Numbered from the stretch's first letter, positions 18,593 to 28,910 are shown. The stretch is DNA of 64,000 nt from Balneolaceae bacterium (GCA_017795005.1 CP051242.1:1634976-1698975), one strand, 5' to 3'. Notes: generated from the letters alone by a model not told the origin. Made by a program: numbers and translations.

Positions 18593-20515
18593 ATGAAATT
18601 AGACGGAAAAATACCTGAAGGACCACTGGAACAGAAGTGGAGCCTTCATAAAAAGAATATGAAACTTGTGGCACCAAATAACCGCCGTAAGTATGAAGTT
18701 ATTATTGTGGGTACTGGTCTTGCCGGTGGTGCAGCTGCAGCGAGCTTAGCTGAAATGGGATACAAAGTTAAAAGCTTTTGCATTCAGGATTCTGCACGGC
18801 GAGCTCACTCCATAGCTGCTCAGGGTGGAATTAATGCCGCAAAAAATTATCCTAATGATGGAGATAGTGTATGGCGGTTATTTTATGACACCATCAAAGG
18901 TGGGGATTATCGTTCACGCGAAGCCAATGTATATCGACTTGCCGAAGTCGCCAACAATATTATAGATCAGGCGGTAGCCCAGGGTGTGCCTTTTGCCCGT
19001 GAATATTCAGGATTGCTAGCTAACCGTTCTTTTGGTGGGGCGCAGGTATCAAGAACGTTTTATGCAAGAGGGCAGACAGGTCAGCAGTTATTATTAGGAG
19101 CTTATCAGGCGATGATGCGTCAGGTTCAGGAAGGTGGGGTGGAATATTTCCCTCGTCACGAAATGCTTGAAGTAGTGATTATTGATGGTAAAGCCCGCGG
19201 TATTATTACCCGTGATTTAGTTTCCGGTGAAATTGTTCGTCATGAGGCTGATGCAGTTGTTTTAGCAACCGGTGGTTATGGAAACGTATTCTACCTATCA
19301 ACAAATGCAAAAAACTCAAACGTAACGGCAGCATGGAGAGCGCATAAGAAAGGAGCACTTTTTGCAAATCCATGTTACGTACAGGTGCATCCGACTTGTA
19401 TCCCGGTTTCCGGAGATTATCAATCGAAGTTGACACTTATGAGTGAAAGTTTGAGAAATGATGGACGTGTTTGGGTACCTCGCAAGAAAGGAGATGACCG
19501 TCATCCGAATGACATTCCGGATGAAGAGCGTTATTATTATCTCGAAGAACGATATCCAAGTTTTGGAAACCTTGTTCCCCGTGATGTGGCTTCCCGTAAT
19601 GCAAAACTAGTTTGTGATGAAGGACTTGGAGTTGGAGAGACAGGACTCGCAGTCTATCTGGATTTCCGTGATGCCATTAAGCGTGATGGATTAGATACCA
19701 TTTCTGCGAAGTATGGGAATCTCTTCGATATGTATCACAATATCGCAGGTGAAAATCCATACAAACAACCAATGAAGATTTATCCTGCGGTTCACTACAC
19801 CATGGGTGGTCTTTGGGTAGATTACAATCTTATGACCAATGTACCGGGTTTATTTGCAACTGGTGAAGCGAATTTCTCCGATCATGGTGCAAACAGATTG
19901 GGAGCAAGTGCGTTAATGCAGGGTCTTTCTGACGGGTACTTTGTCCTTCCTGCTACTATTGGTAATTACCTTGCCGATGAAGAAATTGGTAAACGTTATG
20001 GAACCGATCATGCCGAGTTTGAAAAAGCTGCAGGCGAAGCACAGGCTCAGATCGATAAACTTCTTAGTATCAAGGGAAAACGTACGATTGTGGATTTCCA
20101 TCGTACTTTGGGTAAGATCGTTTGGGACAATATCGGTATCGCCCGAAATGCGGAAGATTTGAAAAAAGCCATTAAGGAAATTCAGGAACTTCGGGAAGAA
20201 TTCTGGACGAATGTATACGTCCCTGGTGAGAAGAATAACTACAACAAATACCTGGAATTTGCAGGTCGTGTAGCTGATTTCTTCGAGTTAGCTGAACTCA
20301 TGGCAAAAGACGCTCTGGACAGAGAAGAATCCTGTGGATGCCATCTTCGGGAAGAATATCAGTCGGAAGAAGGGGAAGCTATCCGTAATGATGAAGATTT
20401 TTCGTATGTCGCTGCCTGGGAATATCAGGGAGTAAACGGAGAGCTTAAAGAGCAACTTCATAAAGAAAATTTAGAATTTGAATTCGTTGAGCTGAAACAA
20501 CGCAGCTACAAATAA
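18593..20515 (+). CDS. sdhA: succinate dehydrogenase / fumarate reductase flavoprotein subunit
   Basis: [13 protein letters not shown] motif plus HPTC and HYTMGG. I prefer the ATG at 18593 ([10 protein letters not shown]). The ORF-track GTG at 18563 lies inside the cassette's inverted repeat. Confidence 0.93.
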   Translation: MKLDGKIPEGPLEQKWSLHKKNMKLVAPNNRRKYEVIIVGTGLAGGAAAASLAEMGYKVKSFCIQDSARRAHSIAAQGGINAAKNYPNDGDSVWRLFYDTIKGGDYRSREANVYRLAEVANNIIDQAVAQGVPFAREYSGLLANRSFGGAQVSRTFYARGQTGQQLLLGAYQAMMRQVQEGGVEYFPRHEMLEVVIIDGKARGIITRDLVSGEIVRHEADAVVLATGGYGNVFYLSTNAKNSNVTAAWRAHKKGALFANPCYVQVHPTCIPVSGDYQSKLTLMSESLRNDGRVWVPRKKGDDRHPNDIPDEERYYYLEERYPSFGNLVPRDVASRNAKLVCDEGLGVGETGLAVYLDFRDAIKRDGLDTISAKYGNLFDMYHNIAGENPYKQPMKIYPAVHYTMGGLWVDYNLMTNVPGLFATGEANFSDHGANRLGASALMQGLSDGYFVLPATIGNYLADEEIGKRYGTDHAEFEKAAGEAQAQIDKLLSIKGKRTIVDFHRTLGKIVWDNIGIARNAEDLKKAIKEIQELREEFWTNVYVPGEKNNYNKYLEFAGRVADFFELAELMAKDALDREESCGCHLREEYQSEEGEAIRNDEDFSYVAAWEYQGVNGELKEQLHKENLEFEFVELKQRSYK

Positions 20516-20524
20516 GGATTAAGT

Positions 20525-21277
20525 ATGAGTAAAAACATGACCATTCACTTGAAGTACTGGAAACAGGATGGACCTGATGCACAAGGGTACTTCGAAGAGA
20601 AGACACTAGATACGGTAAACGAACATATGTCTTTCCTTGAGATGCTGGACGTACTTAATGAGGAGCTTCAGCTGGAAGGTAAAGACCCGGTCGAATTTGA
20701 TTATGACTGTAGGGAAGGAATTTGTGGTTCCTGTAACTTGGTGATTAATGGACAGGCGCACGGACCGAATGCAAAAACGGCTTGCTGTCAGCTGCACATG
20801 CGAACATATAATGACGGTGATCATATCACAATTGAGCCACCAAGAGCGGCGGCTTTTCCGGTAATTAAAGATTTGGTTGTTGATCGCTCAGGATTTGACC
20901 GGATCATTGAAGCCGGCGGATATGTTTCCGTTAAAACCGGATCAGCTCAGGAAGCAAATTCAACTCCTATTGAAAAGCATAGCTCTGATATGGCTTTTGA
21001 TTATGCAACCTGTATTGGGTGTGGGGCTTGCGTAGCTGCTTGTCCTAATGCATCAGCATCATTATTTACGGGTGCAAAAATAGCTCACCTGAACAAAATG
21101 CCTCAGGGTGAAGTGGAACGCTACGATCGTGTTGTTGCTATGGTAGACCAAATGAAAGAGGAAGGCTTTGGCGACTGCTCTAACTATGGAGAATGTGAAG
21201 CTGTATGTCCTCAGGGAATTTCCATCTCAGCCATTGCAGAAATGCGTCGTGATTATGTAAAAGCGATGTTTAGCTAG
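20525..21277 (+). CDS. sdhB: succinate dehydrogenase iron-sulfur subunit
   Basis: Cluster motifs CREGICGSC, CIGCGACVAACP and CSNYGECEAVCP. Confidence 0.93.
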   Translation: MSKNMTIHLKYWKQDGPDAQGYFEEKTLDTVNEHMSFLEMLDVLNEELQLEGKDPVEFDYDCREGICGSCNLVINGQAHGPNAKTACCQLHMRTYNDGDHITIEPPRAAAFPVIKDLVVDRSGFDRIIEAGGYVSVKTGSAQEANSTPIEKHSSDMAFDYATCIGCGACVAACPNASASLFTGAKIAHLNKMPQGEVERYDRVVAMVDQMKEEGFGDCSNYGECEAVCPQGISISAIAEMRRDYVKAMFS

Positions 21278-21320
21278 GTTATATAGAAACAGGTTATCAT
21301 TTGATAACCTGTCTCGTTGC

Positions 21321-21362
21321 AAAAAAGCCAATTGTCTTATACACAATTGGCTTTATTTTTTC
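21321..21362. terminator. bidirectional rho-independent terminator (sdhB and a convergent small ORF)
   Basis: AGCCAATTGT (21326-21335) pairs with ACAATTGGCT (21343-21352). It is flanked by an A6 run upstream and a T-rich run downstream. Confidence 0.7.
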
Positions 21363-21490
21363 TTTCTGCTTTTTTCTCGTTGAGAAAGAGCACTGCCAGC
21401 GGCAGTTTTGCTTGCTTTACTTGTTCTTCCATCTCGAAGAACTTTTGAAGCTGCTTTTGCAGCTCTTGGACTTGTAGCTTTTTTGGGCAT
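21353..21490 (-). CDS. 45-aa highly basic small protein (not in ORF track)
   Basis: Hand translation: MPKKATSPRAAKAASKVLRDGRTSKASKTAAGSALSQREKSRKKK*. The stop abuts the terminator hairpin. Confidence 0.45.
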   Translation of the reverse strand: MPKKATSPRAAKAASKVLRDGRTSKASKTAAGSALSQREKSRKKK

Positions 21491-21734
21491 GACAAATCTC
21501 CGTTAAGTTAATGTTCTAGTTAGAGTACTTTTGTACATATATCTAACATGCAACAACCATGCCATTAGTAATTAGTATTAAAGATTGTGGAAAAATATCT
21601 TTTTCTGTGTATAAGTGTATGACAGAATGCGTTTAGAGGAAGTCATAAACTTATTTGTCATGACTATCTGTGCAACCTATTGATAATCTCCTCGTAGTTG
21701 TTTTCATTTCATCTCCATTTTAAAACATAATAGA

Positions 21735-22067
21735 ATGAAAGAAACAAATCTTGGTGAGTTTCAGGAAATTATATTACTCATAATCTTATCGCTGGATAAC
21801 AATTCATATGGCGCTGAAATACAGAGAGAAATTAATACAGAGTTAGATCGGTCGATAAGCAGAGGGGCATTACATACTGCATTAACCCGTCTGGAAGAGA
21901 AAGGTTTTCTCTCATCAGAAATTGGTGGTGCTACAAAAGAAAGAGGTGGAAGGAGAAAGAAATTTTTTACTGTCACAAATGCCGGTAAAGAAGCTTTGAA
22001 AGAAGCAAAGCAATTGAGAGACCACCTTTGGAAGCAAATTCCAGATCTCACTTTTAAAAACATATAG
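21735..22067 (+). CDS. PadR family transcriptional regulator
   Basis: 110 aa winged-helix protein (YGAEIQREI...GALHTALTRLEEKGFL). Confidence 0.88.
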   Translation: MKETNLGEFQEIILLIILSLDNNSYGAEIQREINTELDRSISRGALHTALTRLEEKGFLSSEIGGATKERGGRRKKFFTVTNAGKEALKEAKQLRDHLWKQIPDLTFKNI

Positions 22068-22075
22068 AACCTGAT

Positions 22076-24709
22076 ATGGAGAAAAAGAAAATTTTCCCGG
22101 TTCATTTTGAAAGTTTTTTCAGATGGTTTTGTAAGCCGACACTTTTTGAAGAATTGCAAGGTGATTTAGAGGAGCAGTTTATCCTTGATATCAAGTCTAA
22201 AGGAAAACGCAAAGCAGCATGGGCATACAGAAAAGAAGTAATCCTGATGCTTCGCCCCTCAGTTATGCGAAATTTTAAACTCAATTTATACCAGTTAAAC
22301 TCAATGCCTATGTTGTTTAATTATATCAAAACTGCAGTGCGAAATATTCGAAAAGGCATGCTCTTTTCGGGAATAAACATCGTTGGATTGTCACTAAGCA
22401 TGGCTGTTGGCTTATTGGTGATCTCAGGAATTTCTTATCAATTTACTTTTGATCAGTTCCATCAGAAGAAGGAGCAGATTTATAGGGTAATTACAGAGGT
22501 AAATGATAGTTATTTCGGAAGCCGAACTTATGCCACAGCTCCGGCAATTTTGGCTTCAGATTTCCTGAATGATCAGGAAAGTATTGACAAGCTTGTGAGA
22601 ATTAGTTCTGGTTTTGGAGGCAAAGCAAAGACTGAATCAAAAGCACTTTTATTGGATGGGATATATGCAGATAAAGAGTTTTTCGATATTTTTTCATTTC
22701 AACTTTTGGAAGGAGATGCTTCTAATGCTCTGGATAATCCTTTTTCGATTGTTCTGACAAAAGAGATGGAATCGAGATTTTTTGATCAGGAATCGGCAAT
22801 TGGAAAAGCAATTGAAATCGAAGATATTGGATTTTTTCAGGTTACCGGAATAGTAGAAGACCCACCCGTAAACTCTCATTTGAGGTTTAATAGTCTTGTT
22901 TCATTTTCTACACTCGAAGCACTTGCCCTATCAAATGAGTCTCAAAATGACGCATTAAACTCGTTCGAAAATCTTAACTACGGATATATTTATCTGTTAG
23001 TTAATGACCAATCATCAGTACAGGGATTGGAAAATAGTTTGTCAGTAAAATCCAGTATAGTTAACAATCAGGTAAAGAATAAAACATATGCTTATCAACT
23101 CCAGGCTTTGACAGACATTGTACCCGGAAAAGCTTTGAATAATCAAATTGGTCCTGAAATGGAGACGCTGGTACTAATCATTTTCTCTATTCTGGCTGGG
23201 GTCATCATTTTTTCTACATGTTTTAATTATACCAATCTCTCTTTGGCGAGGGCGCTTGGTCGGACTAAAGAAATCGCAGTTAGAAAAGCTCTTGGAGGTA
23301 GCCGTTTTCAGGTATTCCTACAGTTTATAGTAGAAGCTGTTGTAATTGCTTTATTAGCACTTTTCGTAGCTATTTTATTCTCTGAAGCACTAAAGCCATA
23401 CATTTTCTCTATTGATGTTGCGATTAGAGACACATTTTCATTTAAAATTACGATGTCTGTCGCACTTTATTTTTTGTTATTTGCGGTGATAGTTGGAGTG
23501 ATTGCGGGCTTTTTACCAGCCATAATTCTTTCCAAACAGTCAGCTTTAAAATTATTAAAAGGGGCTGATCAATTCAGGTTTCTTCGATTTATAAATCTCA
23601 GAAAAGGACTAATCATTTTTCAGTTCACGCTTTCATTGATTTGCATTATTGTGGCTTCGGTACTGGTAAAACAATTTCAGTTTTCGGTAGATTTTGATAT
23701 GGGATTTGATCGGGAACAGGTATTGAACATAAAATTGAATGGTGCGGATCAGCAAATATTCAGAGACGAGTTTTCAAGGATACCCGAAGTAAAACGAATT
23801 TCTATGTCATCGGGGTATCTTGGTGTTGGTGCCAGAAGCAAATATTGGATACAAAACCCAGCTCTGGGTGATTCTATGGTGGTTGATTATTTATCAGTAG
23901 ATCATAACTATCTCATAAATCATAATATTCCGCTTTTAGCAGGAAAGAATTTCGATGAATTTGATTCAGAAAGTAGAGATGAGCTTATCATTATCAACGA
24001 GGAGTTTCTCAAAGAATTCCAACTGGGTATGCCTCTTGATGCGATTGGCAACGTTTTGACCACTCCTGGAAATACTACGTTCAGGATTATAGGAGTAACT
24101 TCTAACTTTAACTACGACAGACTCAGAAATCCAATCAAAAGTTTTTTCTTTACCTACCAGCCTGAATATTTTCAATATGCAAATTTGAAGATGAATAGCC
24201 CGGATATAATTTCAGGAATGGAAAAAGTTGAAACATCGTGGGAGAAAGTGAATCAGGTTTATGAACTTGATGCTGTATTTTATGATGATAGAGTGGAGGA
24301 AGCCTACAGTTTTTATAAAATAGCGTTGGGAATAATCGGATTTGTGACTTTACTAACGGTACTTATAGCATGTATGGGATTATTGGGAATAGTTGTTTAT
24401 ACCAGTAAATCAAGAAGCAAAGAAGTAGCTATCAGAAAGGTTTTGGGTGCAGAAGAAAAAGGGCTGGTTTATTTGTTATCTAAGAACTTTATAGGAATGA
24501 TGATTTGGGCTACATTGGTTTCCGTTTCAATAACTTTCCCACTCTTCAACTTTCTGGTTTTACCTAATGAAGCATATAAAGCAGATTTGGGTTTTTGGGA
24601 ATTTGGGTTTGGAGTAATACTGATAGGCAGTTTGGGATTGATTACTATTATTTCCCAAACCCTGCGGGTTGCGAGAGCTAACCCTGTAGATTCAATTCAT
24701 AAAGAATAA
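22076..24709 (+). CDS. ABC-transporter permease, FtsX/MacB-like, with N-terminal prefix domain
   Basis: 877 aa with two FtsX-type 4-TM modules and large periplasmic domains. It follows PadR by 8 nt. No ATPase gene is adjacent. Confidence 0.85.
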   Translation: MEKKKIFPVHFESFFRWFCKPTLFEELQGDLEEQFILDIKSKGKRKAAWAYRKEVILMLRPSVMRNFKLNLYQLNSMPMLFNYIKTAVRNIRKGMLFSGINIVGLSLSMAVGLLVISGISYQFTFDQFHQKKEQIYRVITEVNDSYFGSRTYATAPAILASDFLNDQESIDKLVRISSGFGGKAKTESKALLLDGIYADKEFFDIFSFQLLEGDASNALDNPFSIVLTKEMESRFFDQESAIGKAIEIEDIGFFQVTGIVEDPPVNSHLRFNSLVSFSTLEALALSNESQNDALNSFENLNYGYIYLLVNDQSSVQGLENSLSVKSSIVNNQVKNKTYAYQLQALTDIVPGKALNNQIGPEMETLVLIIFSILAGVIIFSTCFNYTNLSLARALGRTKEIAVRKALGGSRFQVFLQFIVEAVVIALLALFVAILFSEALKPYIFSIDVAIRDTFSFKITMSVALYFLLFAVIVGVIAGFLPAIILSKQSALKLLKGADQFRFLRFINLRKGLIIFQFTLSLICIIVASVLVKQFQFSVDFDMGFDREQVLNIKLNGADQQIFRDEFSRIPEVKRISMSSGYLGVGARSKYWIQNPALGDSMVVDYLSVDHNYLINHNIPLLAGKNFDEFDSESRDELIIINEEFLKEFQLGMPLDAIGNVLTTPGNTTFRIIGVTSNFNYDRLRNPIKSFFFTYQPEYFQYANLKMNSPDIISGMEKVETSWEKVNQVYELDAVFYDDRVEEAYSFYKIALGIIGFVTLLTVLIACMGLLGIVVYTSKSRSKEVAIRKVLGAEEKGLVYLLSKNFIGMMIWATLVSVSITFPLFNFLVLPNEAYKADLGFWEFGFGVILIGSLGLITIISQTLRVARANPVDSIHKE

Positions 24710-24710
24710 A

Positions 24711-24741
24711 AAAAGCCGCCTCTGTCAGAAGGCGGTTTTTT
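24711..24741 (+). terminator. rho-independent terminator
   Basis: AAAAGCCGCCTCTGTCAGAAGGCGGTTTTTT. Its first 24 nt are identical to 27348-27371. Confidence 0.7.
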
Positions 24742-24817
24742 ATGAAAAACCTATTGGTAAATAATCTGATTTTTGGTATTTACGAGATACAAAATTGTTG
24801 GTTTTTCTATTTAGCCC

Positions 24818-25480
24818 ATGTTTGAATATCTACTTGAGCCTTATAACACCCCGTTCTTATATGCATTCTATTTTATGCTGGGAATCATGGCGCTTGAAGT
24901 CATATCTCTGGTCGCAGGTTTAGGTCTGTCAGAAATAGTTGATAACCTTTTTGATGCAACAGATGTAGGCCTTGAGATGGATGCGGATTTTGACGGAGAT
25001 GTGGAAATCGAAGGGAATTTCATTTCTAAATATATTTCCTGGATCAAGGTTAAAAACGTCCCGATGCTCATCCTTCTAATAGTTTTTCTTGCGGCTTTTT
25101 CGATAACAGGATTCATTGGCCAGAGTATTTTGTCTCGGTTTTTTGATTTTACCCTTCCATTATGGGCAGCTGTACCCGCAGCCATGGTAATTGGATTTCC
25201 TGCTTATAAGAGTGTTTCCAAAATACTGGGTGAAAAATTATTCAAAGAAGAAACTTCTGCGCTCTCTGAAAAAACATTTGTTGGCCAAATTGCTGAGATA
25301 AACATTGGAACTGCAAAGTCAGGATTTCCAGCTGAAGCAAAATATAAGGATCAGTTTGGGCAGCTTCATTATTTCATGGTAGAGCCAGAGGAAGAGGAAG
25401 AGGAATTTGTTCAAGGGACAAAAGTTAAACTAACGAAAAGAGATGCCAGCTCATTTAAGGCTGTAAAGATTAATCAATAA
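24818..25480 (+). CDS. yqiJ: YqiJ family (DUF1449, NfeD-like) inner membrane protein
   Basis: 220 aa. EPYNTPFLYAFYFML N-terminus and DQFGQLHYFMVEPEEEE, closely resembling E. coli YqiJ motifs as I recall them. Confidence 0.8.
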   Translation: MFEYLLEPYNTPFLYAFYFMLGIMALEVISLVAGLGLSEIVDNLFDATDVGLEMDADFDGDVEIEGNFISKYISWIKVKNVPMLILLIVFLAAFSITGFIGQSILSRFFDFTLPLWAAVPAAMVIGFPAYKSVSKILGEKLFKEETSALSEKTFVGQIAEINIGTAKSGFPAEAKYKDQFGQLHYFMVEPEEEEEEFVQGTKVKLTKRDASSFKAVKINQ

Positions 25481-25493
25481 ACTATTACAAGAA

Positions 25494-27344
25494 ATGGAAT
25501 TTATTACTTCAAACGATATTCTACTCATTATTGGGGTAGTGGTTGTTTCACTTATCATAATTGGGTTGGTATTTGCCAGATTATATAAAAGAGCTTCAAA
25601 AGAACTTTCTTTTGTGCGTACCGGATTTGGAGGACAAAAAGTAATAATGAATGGTGGAGCATTGGTTTTCCCTGTATTACATGAAGTAATTACGGTAAAC
25701 ATGAATACCATTCGTTTAGTGGTTGCCAGAAGAAATGAACAGGCACTAATTACCCGCGACAGAATGCGTGTTGATGCTACAGCAGAATTTTATGTGAGGG
25801 TAAAGCCTGAATCAGACGCAATTGCCTTTGCAGCTCAAACTCTTGGACAACGAACCATTTCAACAGATCAGCTAAAGGAGTTAATGGAAGGTAAGTTTGT
25901 GGATGCACTTCGTGCAGTAGCGGCTGAAATGGGGATGGAAGAGTTGCATGAGAAAAGAACCGACTTTGTTCAAAAAGTACAAAATGCAGTAAAAGCTGAT
26001 CTAGAAAAGAATGGACTGGAACTTGAAACGGTATCATTAACTGGCCTGGATCAAACAGATAAACAATACTTTAATGCAAACAATGCTTTTGATGCTCAGG
26101 GTTTGACCAAACTAACTGAGACTATTGAAGAAAAGAAGAAAGTCAGAAATGATATTGAGCAGAATACTTCTGTTGCGATTAAAAAGAAAAACCTTGAAGC
26201 AGAAAAAGAGCGACTCGAACTAGAAAGAGAAGAGGAATTTGCTAAGGTAGCTCAACAAAGAGCGATTGCAAATCAATCTGCAGTGGAAGCTACATCAATA
26301 GCCAAGGAAAAAGCAGAAAACGATAAACTCTCACAGGAAGCTGAAATTATTTCTCAAAGGGAGGTTGAAACAGCCAGAATTAAAGCAAACCGAGCAATTG
26401 AAGAAGAAAGAATTCTTAACGAGCAGGCTATTAAAGAGCGTGATATTGAACGGGAAAAAACGGTTGAGATAACAGATCAGGATCGTGATATCGCTGTTGC
26501 TAATAAATCTCAGGAACGTTCAAAAGCCGAAAAAGAAGCCAGATTAGCTGAGGCTGAGGCAGTGGCTGCTTCTGAAAAAGTTTCTACCGCTAAAGAGACT
26601 GAAATCGCTAACAGGAATAAACAAATTGCAGTTATTAAAGCTACTGAAGAGGCAGAAGAGAAAGCCGTAAGTGTTAAAGTTGCTGCAGAAGCTGAAAAAT
26701 CAGCTGCGATCGACAAGGCAGAAGCTATTAAAACAACCGCGAATGCTGAAGCAGAAGCTGTAAAGATAAAAGCTACAGCCGATGAAGAAAGATACAAAGT
26801 AGAAGCAGAGGGTAATGAAAAACTAAACTCAGCTGAAAATGTGCTTTCAGATGAGATAATTAAAATGCGTATCCAGCTTGAAACCATAAGACAAGCTGCT
26901 GCAATCATCGAAGCAAGTGTGAAGCCAATAGAAGCTATTTCGGATATGAAAGTAATTAATGTTGGAGGGTTGAATGACTTTGTTGGTGGTGGCAATGGAG
27001 CCGGAAATGGAATGGCTACCGGAGGAGGAGCTAATGGAAACATGGCTGACCAGCTAATTAATAGTCTGCTGAAATACCGCGGTCTGGCGCCTATTGTAGA
27101 TAATATTCTTCATGAGGTTGGGATTGAACCCGGATCCTTAAAGGGTTTGACAAAGTCACTGGAAGCTCCATCAAACGGAGAAGTTGAAGAGAAGGCGGTC
27201 CCTCAGGAAGCTAAAAAAGAAGAAAAGAAACCTGTTAAAGCTCAGGAGCCCGAAAAAGAAAAGAAAGAACCTAGTGCTACTAAAGAAAAGAGTGGGACCG
27301 AGGTAAAACAAAAACCTAAAACTCTTCCGACAAAAGATAATTAA
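25494..27344 (+). CDS. yqiK: flotillin / SPFH-domain protein (YqiK-like)
   Basis: 616 aa. N-terminal TM segment, SPFH domain, long Ala/Glu/Lys coiled coil and a low-complexity KE-rich tail. Confidence 0.88.
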   Translation: MEFITSNDILLIIGVVVVSLIIIGLVFARLYKRASKELSFVRTGFGGQKVIMNGGALVFPVLHEVITVNMNTIRLVVARRNEQALITRDRMRVDATAEFYVRVKPESDAIAFAAQTLGQRTISTDQLKELMEGKFVDALRAVAAEMGMEELHEKRTDFVQKVQNAVKADLEKNGLELETVSLTGLDQTDKQYFNANNAFDAQGLTKLTETIEEKKKVRNDIEQNTSVAIKKKNLEAEKERLELEREEEFAKVAQQRAIANQSAVEATSIAKEKAENDKLSQEAEIISQREVETARIKANRAIEEERILNEQAIKERDIEREKTVEITDQDRDIAVANKSQERSKAEKEARLAEAEAVAASEKVSTAKETEIANRNKQIAVIKATEEAEEKAVSVKVAAEAEKSAAIDKAEAIKTTANAEAEAVKIKATADEERYKVEAEGNEKLNSAENVLSDEIIKMRIQLETIRQAAAIIEASVKPIEAISDMKVINVGGLNDFVGGGNGAGNGMATGGGANGNMADQLINSLLKYRGLAPIVDNILHEVGIEPGSLKGLTKSLEAPSNGEVEEKAVPQEAKKEEKKPVKAQEPEKEKKEPSATKEKSGTEVKQKPKTLPTKDN

Positions 27345-27347
27345 ATC

Positions 27348-27379
27348 AAAAGCCGCCTCTGTCAGAAGGCGCCTTTTTA
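27348..27379. terminator. terminator between convergent genes
   Basis: AAAAGCCGCCTCTGTCAGAAGGCGCCTTTTT. The stem has one mismatch. Confidence 0.6.
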
Positions 27380-27383
27380 AAAA

Positions 27384-28742
27384 TTATTGGTAGCTGAGAA
27401 GCTTGCTAAGATCAAAAAGCTTGGACAGGCTGATTGATATATTGTTGTAATTGTCTGTGTGATAAAAACCTCTGAAGTCGCCAGAAAGTTGTATACCGAA
27501 TTTTTTCTCAATGATTCTGAATTGAGTTATATAATACAGGTTTTGGGTCCAATTATTATTAGAAGGCGAGAAGTCAGAAAAGCCAAAAATTCCAAAACCT
27601 GTTGCAAATTTGAACTCAAATTCTGCTTTTTTATTCGAATAGAAAAGTGGAAAAGATAAACCATAATAACGATCGTATCTTGTTTCAGAAAAGCTTCTTC
27701 CTTGGGATTCTGGTTTGGGAAAGAAGTCCCCAAAAGCGGTTATTAAACTATCATTTGAAATTACTAAAGAAGAGTCCAGTTTAGATTCTTTGTAATTAAT
27801 ATTTGTAGTTCTGTTTCTTCTTACAACTTCAAAATGAATTCCCATTTGAATATTAAACACTTCCTGACTTTCCGGATTCAATCGATTCAATAGTTCTAAA
27901 GTTGGAGAGAAATGAAGTCCTAAATTGTCAAACTTATATGTTCTTTCAAGGCTAAGAGAATTAAAAAATATTTCTGTACTATCGGAACCAATTTCTTCAG
28001 CTGTTATGTAGTTTCCATTTCTAAGATATATATCTACAGGTATGCCAAAGCTTCTATTCTGATAATATCCTGCATTTAGTCCGAAATTTAAAGTGGTATG
28101 CTCTCCATCAATCTTTTCCCAAATAGGTAACACATATAAAAGCCTCTTTTGATACCTCCATTTACTTTTTTTTAAGCTCAAGATGCTTCGATTTGTAAAT
28201 GTTAATTCAGAATAAAGATTTGTTGACTTTATACCATCTAAGAAATCAAAATTTGCTCCAATAGCTATCCTAAATGGCTCTTCTTCATCAAATTTAAAAT
28301 TATTTTTAGGATCTTGAATTGCAATTAAAACGGATTTTGTATCTGATTTGGCTTTAGAAATATCTGAGAAAATAAATTCAAGAATTAGGAATTCATTTTC
28401 TTCAATCTGAGCATCTTTTTTTATTACAATTTCAAAGCTTTTATTCTTTACCACTCCGGTAGCATAATCTGAAGCTATTAGCTCCAGATTAGAGTTAGGG
28501 ATGCTAAAGTCAGAACCCAGCTGTGCACTTAGATGAGATAAATTGGATATACTAAACTTAAAATCTGATGCAGAATCAGATAGTTTTTTTACCTGGTATT
28601 CTATTTTATATGGAAAATCAATAATGTGTTCAGGTATTTTTATTGTATCAGGGTCTGTTAGGAAATTTATTTCCCATTCCTGTGCTAAAATATTTATCTG
28701 AGCAAATAAATAGACTAAAAGTATCGCTAAAAATTTCTTCAT
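27384..28742 (-). CDS. hypothetical secreted / outer-membrane-type protein
   Basis: 452 aa with a signal peptide (MKKFLAILLVYLFAQINILAQ). The C-terminal two-thirds has an alternating beta-strand-like pattern. Codon usage is AT-rich. Confidence 0.5.
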   Translation of the reverse strand: MKKFLAILLVYLFAQINILAQEWEINFLTDPDTIKIPEHIIDFPYKIEYQVKKLSDSASDFKFSISNLSHLSAQLGSDFSIPNSNLELIASDYATGVVKNKSFEIVIKKDAQIEENEFLILEFIFSDISKAKSDTKSVLIAIQDPKNNFKFDEEEPFRIAIGANFDFLDGIKSTNLYSELTFTNRSILSLKKSKWRYQKRLLYVLPIWEKIDGEHTTLNFGLNAGYYQNRSFGIPVDIYLRNGNYITAEEIGSDSTEIFFNSLSLERTYKFDNLGLHFSPTLELLNRLNPESQEVFNIQMGIHFEVVRRNRTTNINYKESKLDSSLVISNDSLITAFGDFFPKPESQGRSFSETRYDRYYGLSFPLFYSNKKAEFEFKFATGFGIFGFSDFSPSNNNWTQNLYYITQFRIIEKKFGIQLSGDFRGFYHTDNYNNISISLSKLFDLSKLLSYQ

Positions 28743-28910
28743 TTAAATTTTAGTTAGTTAAATGGATGAAGAACTTTAGCATGGTTATATGTTTTATAAA
28801 CTACATAAGCATGTGGTTTTAATGGAGTAATTAGCTAATAATGAATACAAAGTGATGTAGGCTAAAACCAAATTGCTATTATTATTATTAGAGACTGGTT
28901 GGTATATCAC

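Noticed and set aside
21761-22159. 132-aa minus-strand ORF
   Set aside because: It is antisense to the well-supported PadR gene and the start of the permease gene.
26510-27043. 177-aa minus-strand ORF rich in Ala, Ser and Phe
   Set aside because: It lies entirely antisense to the Ala/Glu/Lys-rich coiled-coil region of the flotillin gene. Its low-complexity composition mirrors the sense strand, so it is a shadow ORF.
27130-27344. KE/P-rich low-complexity 3' end of the flotillin gene as a separate gene or tandem DNA repeat
   Set aside because: It is in frame and contiguous with the flotillin ORF. There is no exact nucleotide tandem repeat, only compositional bias, which is common in flotillin tails.
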